From assembly GCF_001194135.2 (NCBI RefSeq), contig NC_068981.1:143692994-143756993 (forward strand): a DNA stretch of 64,000 bases. Reading direction: 5' to 3'. The notes under the pieces were generated by a model, which saw nothing but the letters and a program-made list of their open reading frames with translations, made no database searches and was not told the origin of the DNA. Below are positions 36,701 to 51,350 of this stretch, piece after piece. Each line of letters begins with the position of its first letter. Within the stretch, counting starts at the first letter, position 1. A program made the position numbers and the translations under genes. The stretch comes from Octopus bimaculoides. Lineage: Eukaryota.

Positions 36701-37800
36701 TTTATTACTTGTCTTCTATATTTTTCCACTGCTTTGTCACTGTAGATTACATTAAGGATTTAGAGATCTTTACTTTGATATTCTTTTTATTTTTCTGTTT
36801 TACAGGCCATTTGGTTAGGCTATAATTTTCAAGTACAAGCAGTCCTAAGAGAGGTTTTACTTTCTTTTATTGTGACTGTTGTTTATAATATTCAGTCTAT
36901 TCTCATGATATTTCATAGTCACCTATATTTTCTTTAAATCTGCGCTTTCATTGTTCTTTCGTGGATTTCACTGTTTCGTGAACAAGTATTATCTTTCACA
37001 GATCAATTTGCTGTCTTGAATAAGATCTATCAATTCTGATTTTTAAAACTATTTTCACCATTAGAATTTTGTAATCTTTCGAATTTTCTATTATTGAACC
37101 ATATTTATAGTCCTTCAATTCTATGTTTGTGTTCTAGTTTTGCTTCTGTTGATCTGTATTATCTAGATATTCTTATGTCCCAATATAATTTTTTTTTTTC
37201 TTTGTTTTACATGTGGTCCGTCAATTTCCGCAGGCCTTGAAATTCTTCGTTGGTCATTTCTAAAGAAAGATATCTGACTGAAGGGACAGCATTTTAAGTT
37301 ACTGTCATTTATTGTCGATGTTTGCTGTTTCACTGGTGTTTTTATTTTTGCGTTCTGTTTCTATCGTTGATATCGTTCAGTTCTGAAAATATATATTCTT
37401 CAATTCGCTAATGTTTTCATATTCAAAAGCCACTTATACATACATATGAGGTAGTTTTTCTACAGAGATTATCAATTGTTGTGTTAGTCAGACTTTTAGG
37501 ATAGATAATTGCTTTAAAATATGCATTTTGAATAGAATTATATCCTTCTCGTGCTGTCATTCGTTCATTTTAAACCGGACTCATTATTTAAATTGTGACC
37601 ATTTCCGACGTATATTGATGTTTCTATCAGGTGATATGTCATCTGCACTGTACATACGTTTTATGCATCAATTCAACGAACACATTCACCTGTTCATTTT
37701 AGATTTTCATTTATGCTTCTTGTCATATTTTCGCATGGTTGACTGAATAGTATTGGTGGAAAATTTTGTCATGTGCTCAATTTTTTCTTCATTATGGCGA
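33800..37800 (-). mobile_element. Highly decayed R4/Dong-like non-LTR retrotransposon, interrupted by a mariner
   Basis: INHSFFMDVLKLYASGDKQLQ (34577-34515) matches the INHLLYMDDLKLYA RT motif. Sequence on both sides of the mariner aligns by eye with the uninterrupted copy near 46000. Confidence 0.7.
34719..35920 (-). mobile_element. Decayed full-length mariner (D,D34D), cecropia/Hsmar1-like
   Basis: TIRs TTAGGTTGTTTCACATGAAATGTCG / CGACATTTCATATGAAACAACTTAA with TA on both sides (34717-18, 35921-22). ITCDAKW, and DNARHHT...YSSDISPTD with 34 residues between the two Ds. Confidence 0.93.
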
Positions 37801-37985
37801 ATATAATCTTTTATTCTTCATAGGTTTCAGCCTAAAAGCTGTGGCCATGCTGGATATATGTATATATATANNNNNNNNNNACATATATATTTGTATATAT
37901 ATATATATATAAAAGGAGAGAGAGAGAGGGTGAGAGAGAAAAGAGAGAGAAAAGAGAGAAGAAAGAAAGCGATAGAGAGAGGAAA

Positions 37986-38115
37986 TAATTAGGTCAAAAT
38001 AGTTATGGCCGGTCTATGGGATTACCCAGGGCAAAGCGCTGTGAATCTAAGCGCTTTATGGACGTGAAACCCTGGGTAACCCCATAGACCGGCCATAACT
38101 ATCTTGATCTAATTA
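37986..38115. repeat. Near-perfect hairpin / MITE-like element
   Basis: 45-bp arms 37987-38031 and 38070-38114 with 3 mismatches; inner perfect 8-bp stem AAAGCGCT/AGCGCTTT. Confidence 0.9.
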
Positions 38116-39189
38116 CTCTATTACTGTATAACTTAGTGTGTGCTTCTCTTTCGGATTTAGGATTTATTGACGTTATGTGTGTGTGTGTGTCTGTGTGTGA
38201 TTGTGTGTGTGTGTGATTGTGTGTGTGTATGTATGTATGTATTATTTCTGCATGCCTATCCTTATGTGTGTGCGCGCGCGTTCGTGCGTGCGTATAAAAC
38301 TTTTCAAATACCTATTTAATGAAGATATTGTTCTTTAGCGAAAGAAACATGCCTCTAATACGTACAGTTATCAATATGTGAGAAGGTTTGAATACACCGG
38401 TTTCCTTTTGAAAATCGTTTCGAAAATACCTAAAAGATTACTCCCTGTCGCTAATAACCGGCACACGCTAGCAGACTGCCACAAATTCAGCACATTTATG
38501 TGTTTTCAAGCTAACGATGCCAACTCGGTAAAGGGCAGCATACGCTTAAAATAATTTTTCTACGTTCCACAGAACAATTAGATTTTGAACCACTGTTGTA
38601 ATTCTCGAGATGTAACTTGTTCTCGTGACGATATTTTTAGATTATCTCCGACTTTTGTATGATGCCTCGATTTGTCTGTAATAGATGCTACCTCTGTTTA
38701 ATGTATAGCTTGCATTGTCTTGTAGAATCTGTGTTGGAATTAGTGAAAGCAATATTTTAACAGTTGATGACGAAGTTGTCAAATAAAAAATACTTTCAAG
38801 CACACTACGCATTTTGAGCAGAATATGATATACTTCTCTTAGACTTTTTGAAGGAAGATGTATGATTGTGAACGTAATTTTTAAAGCTAACATCAGCCGT
38901 AAAAATTAAAAAGCTATTTCCATTTGAACCGCCAGCGATATCGTCAAAGTACTGTCAGGAAATGATAATTTTAAATTAGGCATTAAATGATTATTGGATT
39001 AAATGTCGTGAATTTGTTTTGCTTAATGGAATAGCAAAATTAATAAAAATGTGTGTGAGTGAGTGTATATATATGTTTATTAACTTGTTAATTAACGGAA
39101 CTCATCGCAACTTTGGTTTTATTTACAGTAAGTTGTTTATATATTCGTGCGACTTCTATCACTAGCCTATCTTTTTTTTTCTGTTTCTC

Positions 39190-39264
<75 letters not shown>

Positions 39265-39649
39265 TTCTTTCTCTCTCCCTCCACTCTCTTTCTCCTCTAT
39301 ACCCCGTGTCTCCCTCTGCCTGCTACTAACACGTGACCCATGGTCAGCCCAAGCTTTCCTTCTCTCTTTCTCCTTTCCTTTTTTACGTCAGCCTTTGAAG
39401 CAGTCAGTTTTAATTCCTCTAGTCTCCACTTCAATCTGTTTTGTTATCTCTGGTCGATAAGTGATGAGGATACGGGGACTTGTGTGTCTGTTTTTCGTTC
39501 GACTACGAATTTACTATATGTTTTTTTAACTTGCTATTCTGTGTATTTGTCGTTTGTTCTTTAAGATTCTAACTTATATTGATGTGTGGGTATGCATGTG
39601 TGTGTGCGCGCACGTGTGTGTTTGTAGGTAAGAAGGTTGGTAGATAGTT

Positions 39650-41084
<1,435 letters not shown>

Positions 41085-41519
41085 GACAAAGACACATTCA
41101 GAAATCCTGTACAGTTAACCAAGTGCATATTGACATATTTAGAGAGAAAAATATAGCATTCTGTTTATTTTTGATATTGGTGGGATTGGGGCAATTGCTT
41201 TGTTTCAATGAATGTGCTTAAGTGCTTTAACAGAGCAAAATGGCCACGAATACGTTTTCAAAAGAATCTATTGAATGCGAGAAACTTGATTTGGAATTCA
41301 GTATTGAATTCAGATAATCAAATGTATTTTTTTCTTCTATTTGTCATCACATCCATTCTATCATCTCTTCTCTGTACGTCTTGTTTGTTTTCACTCACCC
41401 TATCTCTTACTTTCCTTGCAATCTACTTCTCTCCCTTTCTATCTCTCTCTCTCTCCCTCATGTTCACTCTTTCATATTCGGTCTTTGTTTTCTGCTACTT
41501 GTGTCATCATTATGTGTCC

Positions 41520-41555
<36 letters not shown>

Positions 41556-42166
41556 NNNNNNNNNNNNNNNNNNNNNNNNNNNNNNNNNNNNNNNNNNNNN
41601 NNNNNNNNNNNNNNNNNNNNNNNNNNNNNNNNNNNNNNNNNNNNNNNNNNNNNNNNNNNNNNNNNNNNNNNNNNNNNNNNNNNNNNNNNNNNNNNNNNNN
41701 NNNNNNNNNNNNNNNNNNNNNNNNNNNNNNNNNNNNNNNNNNNNNNNNNNNNNNNNNNNNNNNNNNNNNNNNNNNNNNNNNNNNNNNNNNNNNNNNNNNN
41801 NNNNNNNNNNNNNNNNNNNNNNNNNNNNNNNNNNNNNNNNNNNNNNNNNNNNNNNNNNNNNNNNNNNNNNNNNNNNNNNNNNNNNNNNNNNNNNNNNNNN
41901 NNNNNNNNNNNNNNNNNNNNNNNNNNNNNNNNNNNNNNNNNNNNNNNNNNNNNNNNNNNNNNNNNNNNNNNNNNNNNNNNNNNNNNNNNNNNNNNNNNNN
42001 NNNNNNNNNNNNNNNNNNNNTATATATATATGTAAATGTATACTGATAGATACAAATATATACATATATCCACCTATATATATAAACTCACACTTACACA
42101 TACACGTGTATACATATGTATGTGTGTGTGTGTGTGTTTCTGATTTTCTGTGTATCTGTGTGTGCA

Positions 42167-42206
<40 letters not shown>

Positions 42207-42522
42207 CGTATACGTGAGAGTAAATCGGTTTCAGGTCGGGTATTTATCTGGTCTTCAAACGCTCTATCGACCTCTTTGGTGTACATATAATCCGTGTTGG
42301 AATCTTATAATTTAAGGTTACAAATATCGAATCAGCCAGTGAGTATCTTTCACTGAATGTTGATTACAAGGCAATTCGCCTTCAGAGACAACAAATATGT
42401 ATACATTAGAACGTTTAATCATTCATGCAGGCAAACACATACGTGCGTATACAATATACACTTACATACAAGCATATTTATATGTGTGTGTGTGTGTGTA
42501 TGTATACATATATACATGTATG

Positions 42523-42557
<35 letters not shown>

Positions 42558-42939
42558 TGTATCTCTGTGTCTGCACCTGTGTGTGTGTGTGCATCTTTGT
42601 ACGTATACGCTTCGTCTCATAAATATATATACATCGTCTCATAAATATATATATATATGTATGACAGTACTGTCTTCTCATATGTAGCACACTTCCTTTG
42701 TTTATTATGATCAAATGTTGGTGTTGCACATCAGTTCACACCATACCTCAAATTGACATAAGAGGACAGCAAATGTTAAGGCAAGGCAAACATCTCAAGG
42801 GATATACATTATTATTATTGGAAAAAAGTTCACTCTTACAGCGGTTTCTGGTATATCCCAGAATATGGGATAATCTGTTACAGTACTTACCAAGCGTACC
42901 TACTCGTTTAGATCACCTGTGAACTAAACCCCCATATTT

Positions 42940-42978
<39 letters not shown>

Positions 42979-43276
42979 TNNNNNNNNNNNNNNNNNNNNN
43001 NNNNNNNNNNNNNNNNNNNNNNNNNNNNNNNNNNNNNNNNNNNNNNNNNNNNNNNNNNNNNNNNNNNNNNNNNNNNNNNNNNNNNNNNNNNNNNNNNNNN
43101 NNNNNNNNNNNNNNNNNNNNNNNNNNNNNNNNNNNNNNNNNNNNNNNNNNNNNNNNNNNNNNNNNNNNNNNNNNNNNNNNNNNNNNNNNNNNNNNNNNNN
43201 NNNNNNNNNNNNNNNNNNNNNNNNNNNNNNNNNNNNNNNNATATATATATATATATATATACATACATATAAGTTG

Positions 43277-43430
43277 GTCTACTTTCAGTCTCCATTTACC
43301 AAATCCACTCTCAATTCTTTGGTCAGCTCGAAGCTATAGTAGAAGACACTTGCCCAAGGTGCCACGCAATGGGACTGAACCCGGAAACATGTGGCTGGGA
43401 AACAAGCTTCTTACCACACAGCTATTCCTG
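43277..43430 (-). mobile_element. SINE family 2, 5' half
   Basis: Reverse complement of the same head and core (GACACTTGCCCAAGGTGCCACGCA..GGGACTGAACCCGGAA). Confidence 0.8.
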
Positions 43431-43633
43431 CACAGAGATTTACTTTATTTTATTTTACTTTATTATATTACAGTTATTTCTCTTAAAAAGACTAAAAATG
43501 CATGTAAGTAGTATATATGTCTGCATATATAAATTAATATGTATGTATATATACATGTAACTATATTCACGACCTTATATTTTGGTTAGACTTTGAACAC
43601 AGCATATACCGATGGTAATATAATTAATATATA

Positions 43634-44345
43634 CAGCATCTTCTGGTCTATAAAACGCATCGGTATTTATGCCGCAGGGCCAAATTTTTGGGAAAATTTT
43701 GGTTTTATCCAGACATAAAGCGCACCGGTGTTTAAAGGACCTACAGAGCTACGGGTCCGCAGCTGAGATACTGCCTTCAGATGACTCCGACTCTGATTTC
43801 AAAAGTGAGGACGTCGACACACTTGTTAACTTCGACACCCGCCTTACATCAGTACTGGCAGAACTGTTCCACTCAGACACAAAAGATGAAGATTTTGAGG
43901 GATTCAGCAGCGATATTGATAGCGAATAAATGTGAACGTTATGGTTCACATTATGGTTACTTTATAATTCTTTGGTGCTTATTTTACAACTATGAGATGC
44001 ATTGCTATTGTTACGATTTTATCGTACTATAATCAACAACAAATACATTTCATCAATATTAAAGTCTTTATTAGATTAGAAATAACATTATCAAACCATG
44101 AAGGTAAAACAAAACAAATATGCCTTGTTTTCTTCCGGGCACCAATGTACTGTAGCAGTAGCCTTTCACGTTGTTCACCGACCGACATTTCTCCTGAAAT
44201 AATCAGTGAACTCAGTCGAACTCCATACACAAATTATTTTCCTCCTGAAACTTATATAAAATACACACACTAGGCGCACCTTTCTATAAGCCGCACATTA
44301 AATTTCTCAGATAAAATGTAGCAGCTTATACACGGGAAAATACGG
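43634..44345 (+). mobile_element. Internally deleted pogo-like (Tc1/mariner superfamily) element
   Basis: TA-flanked degenerate TIRs CAGCATCTTCTGGTCTATAA / TTATACACGGGAAAATACGG. Acidic transposase C-terminus LAELFHSDTKDEDFEGFSSDIDSE*. Confidence 0.72.
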
Positions 44346-44364
44346 TAAATATATGTTTTATTTT

Positions 44365-44540
44365 TTACTTCTTACTTGCTTCAGTCATTTGACTGCGGCC
44401 ATGGTGGGGCACAGGCTTGAAGTGTTCTAGTCTAAGAAATTGACCATTAGGCATACTTTTCGAAATCTAGTACTTATTTTATCGGGTTCTTATTGCCGAA
44501 CCGCTAAGTTACGGCATTGTCAAGCGGTGGTGGGAGACAC
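44365..44540 (-). mobile_element. SINE family 2, 3' half
   Basis: TTCAGTCATTTGACTGCGGCCATG..GCCGAACCGCTAAGTTACGG is the reverse complement of the tail seen at 59040-59190. Confidence 0.7.
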
Positions 44541-44821
44541 ACAACACACACAGACATACACACANNNNNNNNNNNNNNNNNNNNNNNNNNNNNNNNNNNN
44601 NNNNNNNNNNNNNNNNNNNNNNNNNNNNNNNNNNNNNNNNNNNNNNNNNNNNNNNNNNNNNNNNNNNNNNNNNNNNNNNNNNNNNNNNNNNNNNNNNNNN
44701 NNNNNNNNNNNNNNNNNNNNNNNNNNNNNNNNNNNNNNNNNNNTACTACGCGCTTCTTTCAGAAACCATTGTAATTGGCCATTAATATGTAGTAAAGTCT
44801 TTCTTTGACATCATAGATAGA

Positions 44822-44858
<37 letters not shown>

Positions 44859-45059
44859 GGACAGACAGACAGACAGACCGACAGACAGAAAGACAGACAG
44901 GCAGATAGACAGACAGACAGGCAGATAGACAGACAGACAGGCAGATAGACAGACAGACAGACTACTGTTTGCCTTAAAACCAGCCACCCGGAAAGAAAGT
45001 AATTGGTGGATTGTATCTTTTCCCTGCCACAAAAAAAAAGAAGAAATCCTAATGTCATG

Positions 45060-47600
45060 CGTTTCTCAGAGAGTGTTAAGCGTTTTGTTGATGCTTTCCT
45101 GCTTAACTGAGTGAATTACCCGATCCTTAGTAGATATTTTTGTTGTACCCCTTAGTGACATTTTAACGTTGCTTCTTCTGCTTCTCCTTTATATTTCTCA
45201 ATTTACTTCAAAGCAAAATCAAGTTTCTATTTTCTCTTTATTTTTGTTCATATTTTGTGACTTGTTTTCAAAACCTGTGTATTAGTTAACCTATTTTTAT
45301 TATTTACTCTGCTGTAGATATTTTATACCAGTAATCAAGCTGTAGAAGGTCCCTCATCTTCTTGTCTGTGTATAAATACAATCTTTCTGTATCAGATTTT
45401 CGATGGTGTATTCTAAATGGAATAATTAATTCTCTTGTATTCATATCCTGCTTCGTTAATTCCCTAAGCTTTCGGGTAATGACATTATAACGATAACTTG
45501 TTACTAGAACTGCTACAGTATTGTTGCATATTACCTGATTTCATGCATTTATCCCAACTTAATGTATTTATGTAATGCTTCTATGATATTCCGTCCTCGC
45601 ATTGTTTTACATTTGTGTATGTTATACACAAGTATTTGTAAATCGGTGTTTAATTTAATTCTCTTATCTCCGTTTCTTTATCCAAAATAATACTAATGTA
45701 TCTGCGTTTTTCTATTAATTTTTCTCTCCTGTTCAAGGGTGCTGTGTTGCAATTTTCTAAACTAATTTAATGTGAAATCCTCTACCGCATCATGTATCGC
45801 ATGTAGCAGTGTTTCCAGTTGTTTGTCATCTGGAGCGTACAACTTTAAATCATTCATGTACAAAAGATGATTGATTATCCTCCCATAGTATTTGCATCAA
45901 AGTCCAGTCTGGATTAGCATGCTGGGGAAAGGAAGGAAACTTATTAATGCCAAGCAGAAAAGGAATGGAGAGAAGGAAACCTCTTGGAATTTAGCTCTTT
46001 TAATAGACATAGGTTTCGTGTTATAATTTCCCCCTTTTATTTGTATCTGTGGAATTGCTTGTCAATTTATTCATGACATGTTTGTTATACCTGCTCGTTA
46101 ATGGTGCTATCTTACTCATGGCTAATGTTTCTACAAACTTCGAGTATGGTACATTGTCAAAATACTTCTGTTAATCAATCCACTGTCTACTAGTCTTTTT
46201 ATATTCACATCTATATGAAACTTTGCATTATCCTTTCTGTTTCTCTAGAAGTATCCCCCTACCAGATACGTATTCATTCACAGTGGCATCATTGCAATTA
46301 GCACTACGAATGGTGTGTGGAAACATATAACAGGCCTAGAGGTTTTGATGCTTGTGATCTGATATTGGGAAGAGGTTTTCTTACTGTATCTTATTCGTAT
46401 TGCGCTTGACCTTTCAATAGATCTTTAAATATTTTTCAAGCACTTTGTATGTGTTTTTTAAATACTGCAATAATAAGTTTTGCACTTTATCCTTTTCTGT
46501 TTTTTTTTTTAAATTTTGGGGGGATATTTTTTATAACGTTTGAGCCACTTTGACAATATTTCATGCGATACGAATGCTCGCAATATGTGTTACACTTGTT
46601 TTAAACATTCTTGTGCGTTTACATATTAATATTCTTCACTCAAATTATACTACTCTTGCTGTGTTAGCTCCTGAAAATCCTTTTATGGATTTTTATGCAA
46701 ATGCTATCGGAGAACAATTAATTATCTTTTATGTATATTTAAAACTGCATATACCAGATGAAACCTCGAAATAATGTTATGTGTAATATTTGATTCAGTT
46801 GAGGATTTTCATAAACTCGAATTAAAGAATCTTTTCATTACAACGAATGTGTTGAGATTTAACGAACAACTTTTGCTTTAGGCATTCTTTGGATTTGGTT
46901 ACTTTATTTTCTTCCTCGCTGTTATTGTATTTGTCTGATCCCATATTTAGTACTTGTACTGTTTGTTGTTTATTTCGATAAGAGTTCAATGATATTTTTT
47001 TTTAATTTCTATTTCCGACTTTTGTGTGTACGTTTGTTCCACATTATTCGTTTGGCTATTAATATTCTTATATGACCAATTTCCGAAAACTTACTTACTT
47101 TTGTTACTATTGTGGTTGCCATATTATTATTTGGTTTATCTCAGCGATAAAGGCGATCGCATTTGCTTTCATTAAGTCTACGGTATCTTAAAAATGTTGT
47201 GCTTTATATTGTTGCAATTTTATCGTTATCATTGGGATCTTTCATTTGGTCCACAGGGAAAGATTGTATCGACATGAGTTCTTCAACTATTTCCATCACT
47301 GGATTATTTTCCCATTTAAAAGTTCCATCTTAAAATGGCCTATTCTTAAACATTACTCAAATTCCCGTATATTCTTGCTTTTGTTGATGCAGTTCTAGCT
47401 CGGTTTTTATTAGTCAATATTCTCCAAGTAAGCTGGCCTCTTATTTGTGTTTGGCTTGTTTGCTTTCTCGTTTTAGATCTACGTTTGTGATTAATATATT
47501 TCATGATTATATATTTTAATGTCTTATTCTATGTGTTACATGATTTATTCCTTTGTTGTTTGATTCTCTGTCTTGTCTTGAAAATTTCTGTCTATGCATG
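45060..47600 (-). mobile_element. Decayed R4/Dong-like LINE
   Basis: IINHLLYMNDLKLYAPDDKQLETLL (45878-45804), with a degenerate GIFQGDSLSPL-like region upstream. Strongly A-rich minus strand. Confidence 0.75.
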
Positions 47601-47635
47601 ATATAATTATTTATACAAGTGCTGTATAATGTGTC

Positions 47636-47666
<31 letters not shown>

Positions 47667-48564
47667 TATTTATATATATATATATNNNNNNNNNNNNNNN
47701 NNNNNNNNNNNNNNNNNNNNNNNNNNNNNNNNNNNNNNNNNNNNNNNNNNNNNNNNNNNNNNNNNNNNNNNNNNNNNNATATATATACATATATATGTGG
47801 AAAACTTTGGAGTCAAAAAGAAGAGAACGGTTGAACATTTATTTTCTATCACCACAATTGTTTCTACGCAACGTAGTTCCCTAGGCGTGCAGGTGCGTTA
47901 TTATGCAACCGTTTCCCTGCATTAAGGGATCTAGTGTTTCCTCAGGTGATATGTAAATATTGTCTTTGTAAGTTCAAATTCCCGGCTTCAAGAACATCCT
48001 CTCTGTCTGTCGTGGTCTGAATTTAATAGGAACCACTGAGTTCATCAAGGTCTGTTGTTGCCGAAAGACTGTTGACAAACTGCTTTGAATGCGTAGGTTT
48101 AGTGGGATGGTGATTCTGTTACTGTTAAAGTGGTCGCCATTTTAAAGGGATTGATATTTGATTTCTTTATACTAACGCTCGGACACATACAACCTCACAA
48201 GCACATGCCCACGTGCACACTCATACATACACACAAACACGCGCGCACGCATAATATATACACATACATATACATATATATATATTTGTGGATACATACA
48301 CTCATGCATACTAAACACGCGGACAGGTATGCATACGTGTATATAGAAATACAACCCATCACACGCACGCATGGATATGGGGGAAGTGGAGAGGGAGAGA
48401 GTTCACCAAATTATTATTATTCATCGACTGTACCTAGAAAATACAAATGCGTTTTAGTATGCATGAATGTATATATTCACACATATACACACACATGCAC
48501 ATGCACACACACACACATATATATATATATGTAAGTATGTACATATGTATACGCGCACACATAT

Positions 48565-48617
<53 letters not shown>

Positions 48618-48669
48618 TATACACACACGCGCATCTGTGTATGTATATGCCTGCGTGTGTATGTATGTA

Positions 48670-49807
48670 CAAGGTGTGTAAGGTATTTTAGGACATCTTT
48701 TTTGGGGGTAATTGCTGCATTTTTTTGCTAACTCTGTATAATCTTTGTTTCAGAAAATAATAATGGCAGATCCTCATCTTACTCAAGAAGTGAAGAGACA
48801 TGCTGTTACTGTGGTTATAAATACTGAATATTTTTAAAAGTCGCCATATCTTTTGTCTACAAAGTTTGAGAGGAGTTAGAGACTGATGATGGAAATGCAT
48901 CACCAGTATCAATGCATAAATAGCATTCTAAACGCTCTGAAATCATCAGAACCAGTAGGTTCAACAGACCATTGATTGCAATCTCAGAAAGTCCATGAGG
49001 TCAATTGCAAAAGATCTCCCTGTGTCAGAAGGAACAGTCAGAAATGTTGTCCATGAAGACATCATATATAAGTTTTATATGATGAAGAAAGGTCAAGAAA
49101 ATGCAAAAGAAAACCACTACATAAGATCTAAAACAAACTGAAAAATCCAGCTGAAGAAGTTAACAGAATAAATGACAGAAGGTTATGTGCAGACCCTTCT
49201 GAACATGCAAATACTATGCATTCAAAATTTCCTGCAACTGTCATGGTTTTAGGAGTTGTCAGCGATGAAAGGCATGTAGTGCCTCCTTACTTCTTTCCAC
49301 AAGGCCTTAGAGTTAACTCTGCTGCCTACATTGTTAAGCTCTGGATAGACAGTGCATGTAATGGAAGGCCATATGTCTTTCAGTAAGACATTTTCACACA
49401 TGGCTCTAGTAACACGGGAATGGATGGCTGAACATTTTCATGATCCCATAACCCCTAACATTTGGCCTCCTAATTCTCCTGATCTCAATCCATTGGACTA
49501 TTACATGTGAGGCGTTGTTGAGAGAGAGGTCAATGAACACGCCCATAACATCAAAGATTCTTTGAAAGCTGCCATAGAGTACTGTCCAAAATTAGCCAGG
49601 TTCACTTCATTCGAGCATGTAGATGATTTAGATCTCATATAGAAGCACTTGTTGAAGCTGAAGGTGACTTTATTAAATAACTTTATAGAAAGGAAGGTTT
49701 ATTTTTATCCGCGAAGCAGTTTCTGATAAATAAAGTTATTATCTGTTAATATATATGTTTTTTTTTATAAACATAAATCTGTCCTAAAGTATCTGTACAT
49801 GCATTTG
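48670..49807 (+). mobile_element. Decayed maT/DD37D-like Tc1/mariner element
   Basis: WPPNSPDLNPLDYYM*GVVERE..RAC..FRSHIEALVEAEGDFIK* and VMVLGVVS..GHV.PP-like motifs. Degenerate TA-flanked TIRs containing TTTAGGACA. Confidence 0.85.
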
Positions 49808-50036
49808 TATATGTATGTATGTGAGTCCGAGGACTACATTCTTAACAGAATGCACCATAACTATATATATATATATATATAAAACAAAGCTTGTGTGGGT
49901 GCGTATGTTCCATATGGATTCGAAAACTGTGTTGCCGATTTTGACGTATGTGGTATCAAAAGATTCAGTGATCTTTCGGCTACCAAATAAAGTATATATG
50001 TAAATATGTGCGTGCATTTATGTTTGTATATATGTA

Positions 50037-50590
50037 CAGGGTATCCCAAAAAAGATGTACTCGCTCTTTAACTTCCCAGTACTCATACATTTTGTGTTCA
50101 AGTAGATGTTTATTGATATACATACAATCCTAAAAAGTTAAATTAAATTCAGGAAAATAAATTGTTGCAGAAATGATTATATATTGTCATTTAGAATTAT
50201 TAAATGTTCTCTCTCATTCTTGCGTGTTCGCAAATGTTCAAACTGCCTTCCTTCATTTTCCAAACAAAGCTGATAACTTCTAACAATGGATTCGACAACA
50301 TTGCCAAACATTTCATTTAGAATTGCCACACATTGTATTCGAATTTCACTTTTCAAATTATCAATTGTCACTGGTTTTGCAACATAAACCTTATCTTTGA
50401 AATGTCCCCATAAAAAAAAAGAAAAATCCATTGGCGTGAGGTCTGGGGAACGTGCAGGAAATTCAACGCTACATCTCCTCCCAATCCATTTGTTTGGATT
50501 TGTTGCATCGAGGTAAGCCCGTACATTACAAAAAACAATACATTAGTAATTGTTTGTCAAAGACTGAGTACATCTTTTTGGGACACCCTG
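50037..50590 (-). mobile_element. Non-autonomous rosa/DD41D-like element (TIRs plus transposase C-terminus only)
   Basis: TIRs CAGGGTATCCCAAAAAAGATGTACTC / GAGTACATCTTTTTGGGACACCCTG with TA on both sides. VRAYLD..NKWIGRR..FPARSPDLTPMDF..LWGHFKDKVY..GRQFEHL. Confidence 0.88.
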
Positions 50591-51315
50591 TATAATTACA
50601 TGTGTGTTTGTGCGTTTACGCATGCGAATGTTACAATTATCTCTTGGTTATGCATTGATTCTGAAAACTTGATGCCATTTGATCGATAATTATTTAGTAA
50701 AAAGAAACTGTCTTCTGCTCTTCGTCAATTCAATTTCCCGGAGTCATAGAAGACCAACAGTCACACAACACTGAATACAGACAACATAGTGTACTTGTTG
50801 TTCCTCTGGCTGACGGTGCTTCTGCTGCTTTTACATTAAAAATAAAAAACATTCTTTTTGGTTGTATTTTTGCCTGTTGCTGCCCTTCGCGGCTTTGTTT
50901 CTTTTCTTCGTTTTGTTACTCTTTCTATTTGTTAGTGATGTTGTTTCCCTTTTTCTTCTACGTTTTCGTTGCTTTTTTCATATTTACCATAAACATCTTC
51001 ATCGCGATAATCATCGTTATTAGCTATCACCATCATAGTACATCTTCTCCCGTTCTTCTTCTGCATCTATTATTCATCATCACGATCAGCAGAATTATTC
51101 TCATAACTGGCATTAACTTCAATAGTGTGGTTTGTATCCTCTTAAAAGTTTACAAATTATTATCAACAACTTGGGGAAAACACCTAAATTTAGTGGGTAA
51201 GGGTAATTTGTTTGTGTGGTCGGTGCTCCAAAGTTACCCAGATGCGGACATTCCACTAGTTTTAAGGAGCCTTCTGTGTTGTGACTTTCGTATTTACTAT
51301 TATTATTATCATTAC

Positions 51316-51346
<31 letters not shown>

Positions 51347-51350
51347 CATA

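Noticed and set aside
38642-38893. Minus ORF with GPCR TM6/7-like TFTIIHLP
   Set aside because: Bounded by stops, no NPxxY-like motif or other helices, no supporting splice sites.
42891-42916. 26-nt minus-strand exon with strong sites (TTCACAG, TTG|GTAAGT)
   Set aside because: Stops in all three frames; could only be a UTR or lncRNA exon, and nothing else supports it.
48130-48150. AAAATGGCG (YY1/start-codon-like motif) on the minus strand
   Set aside because: Followed by a 13-codon ORF and a weak donor; a single short motif is expected by chance.
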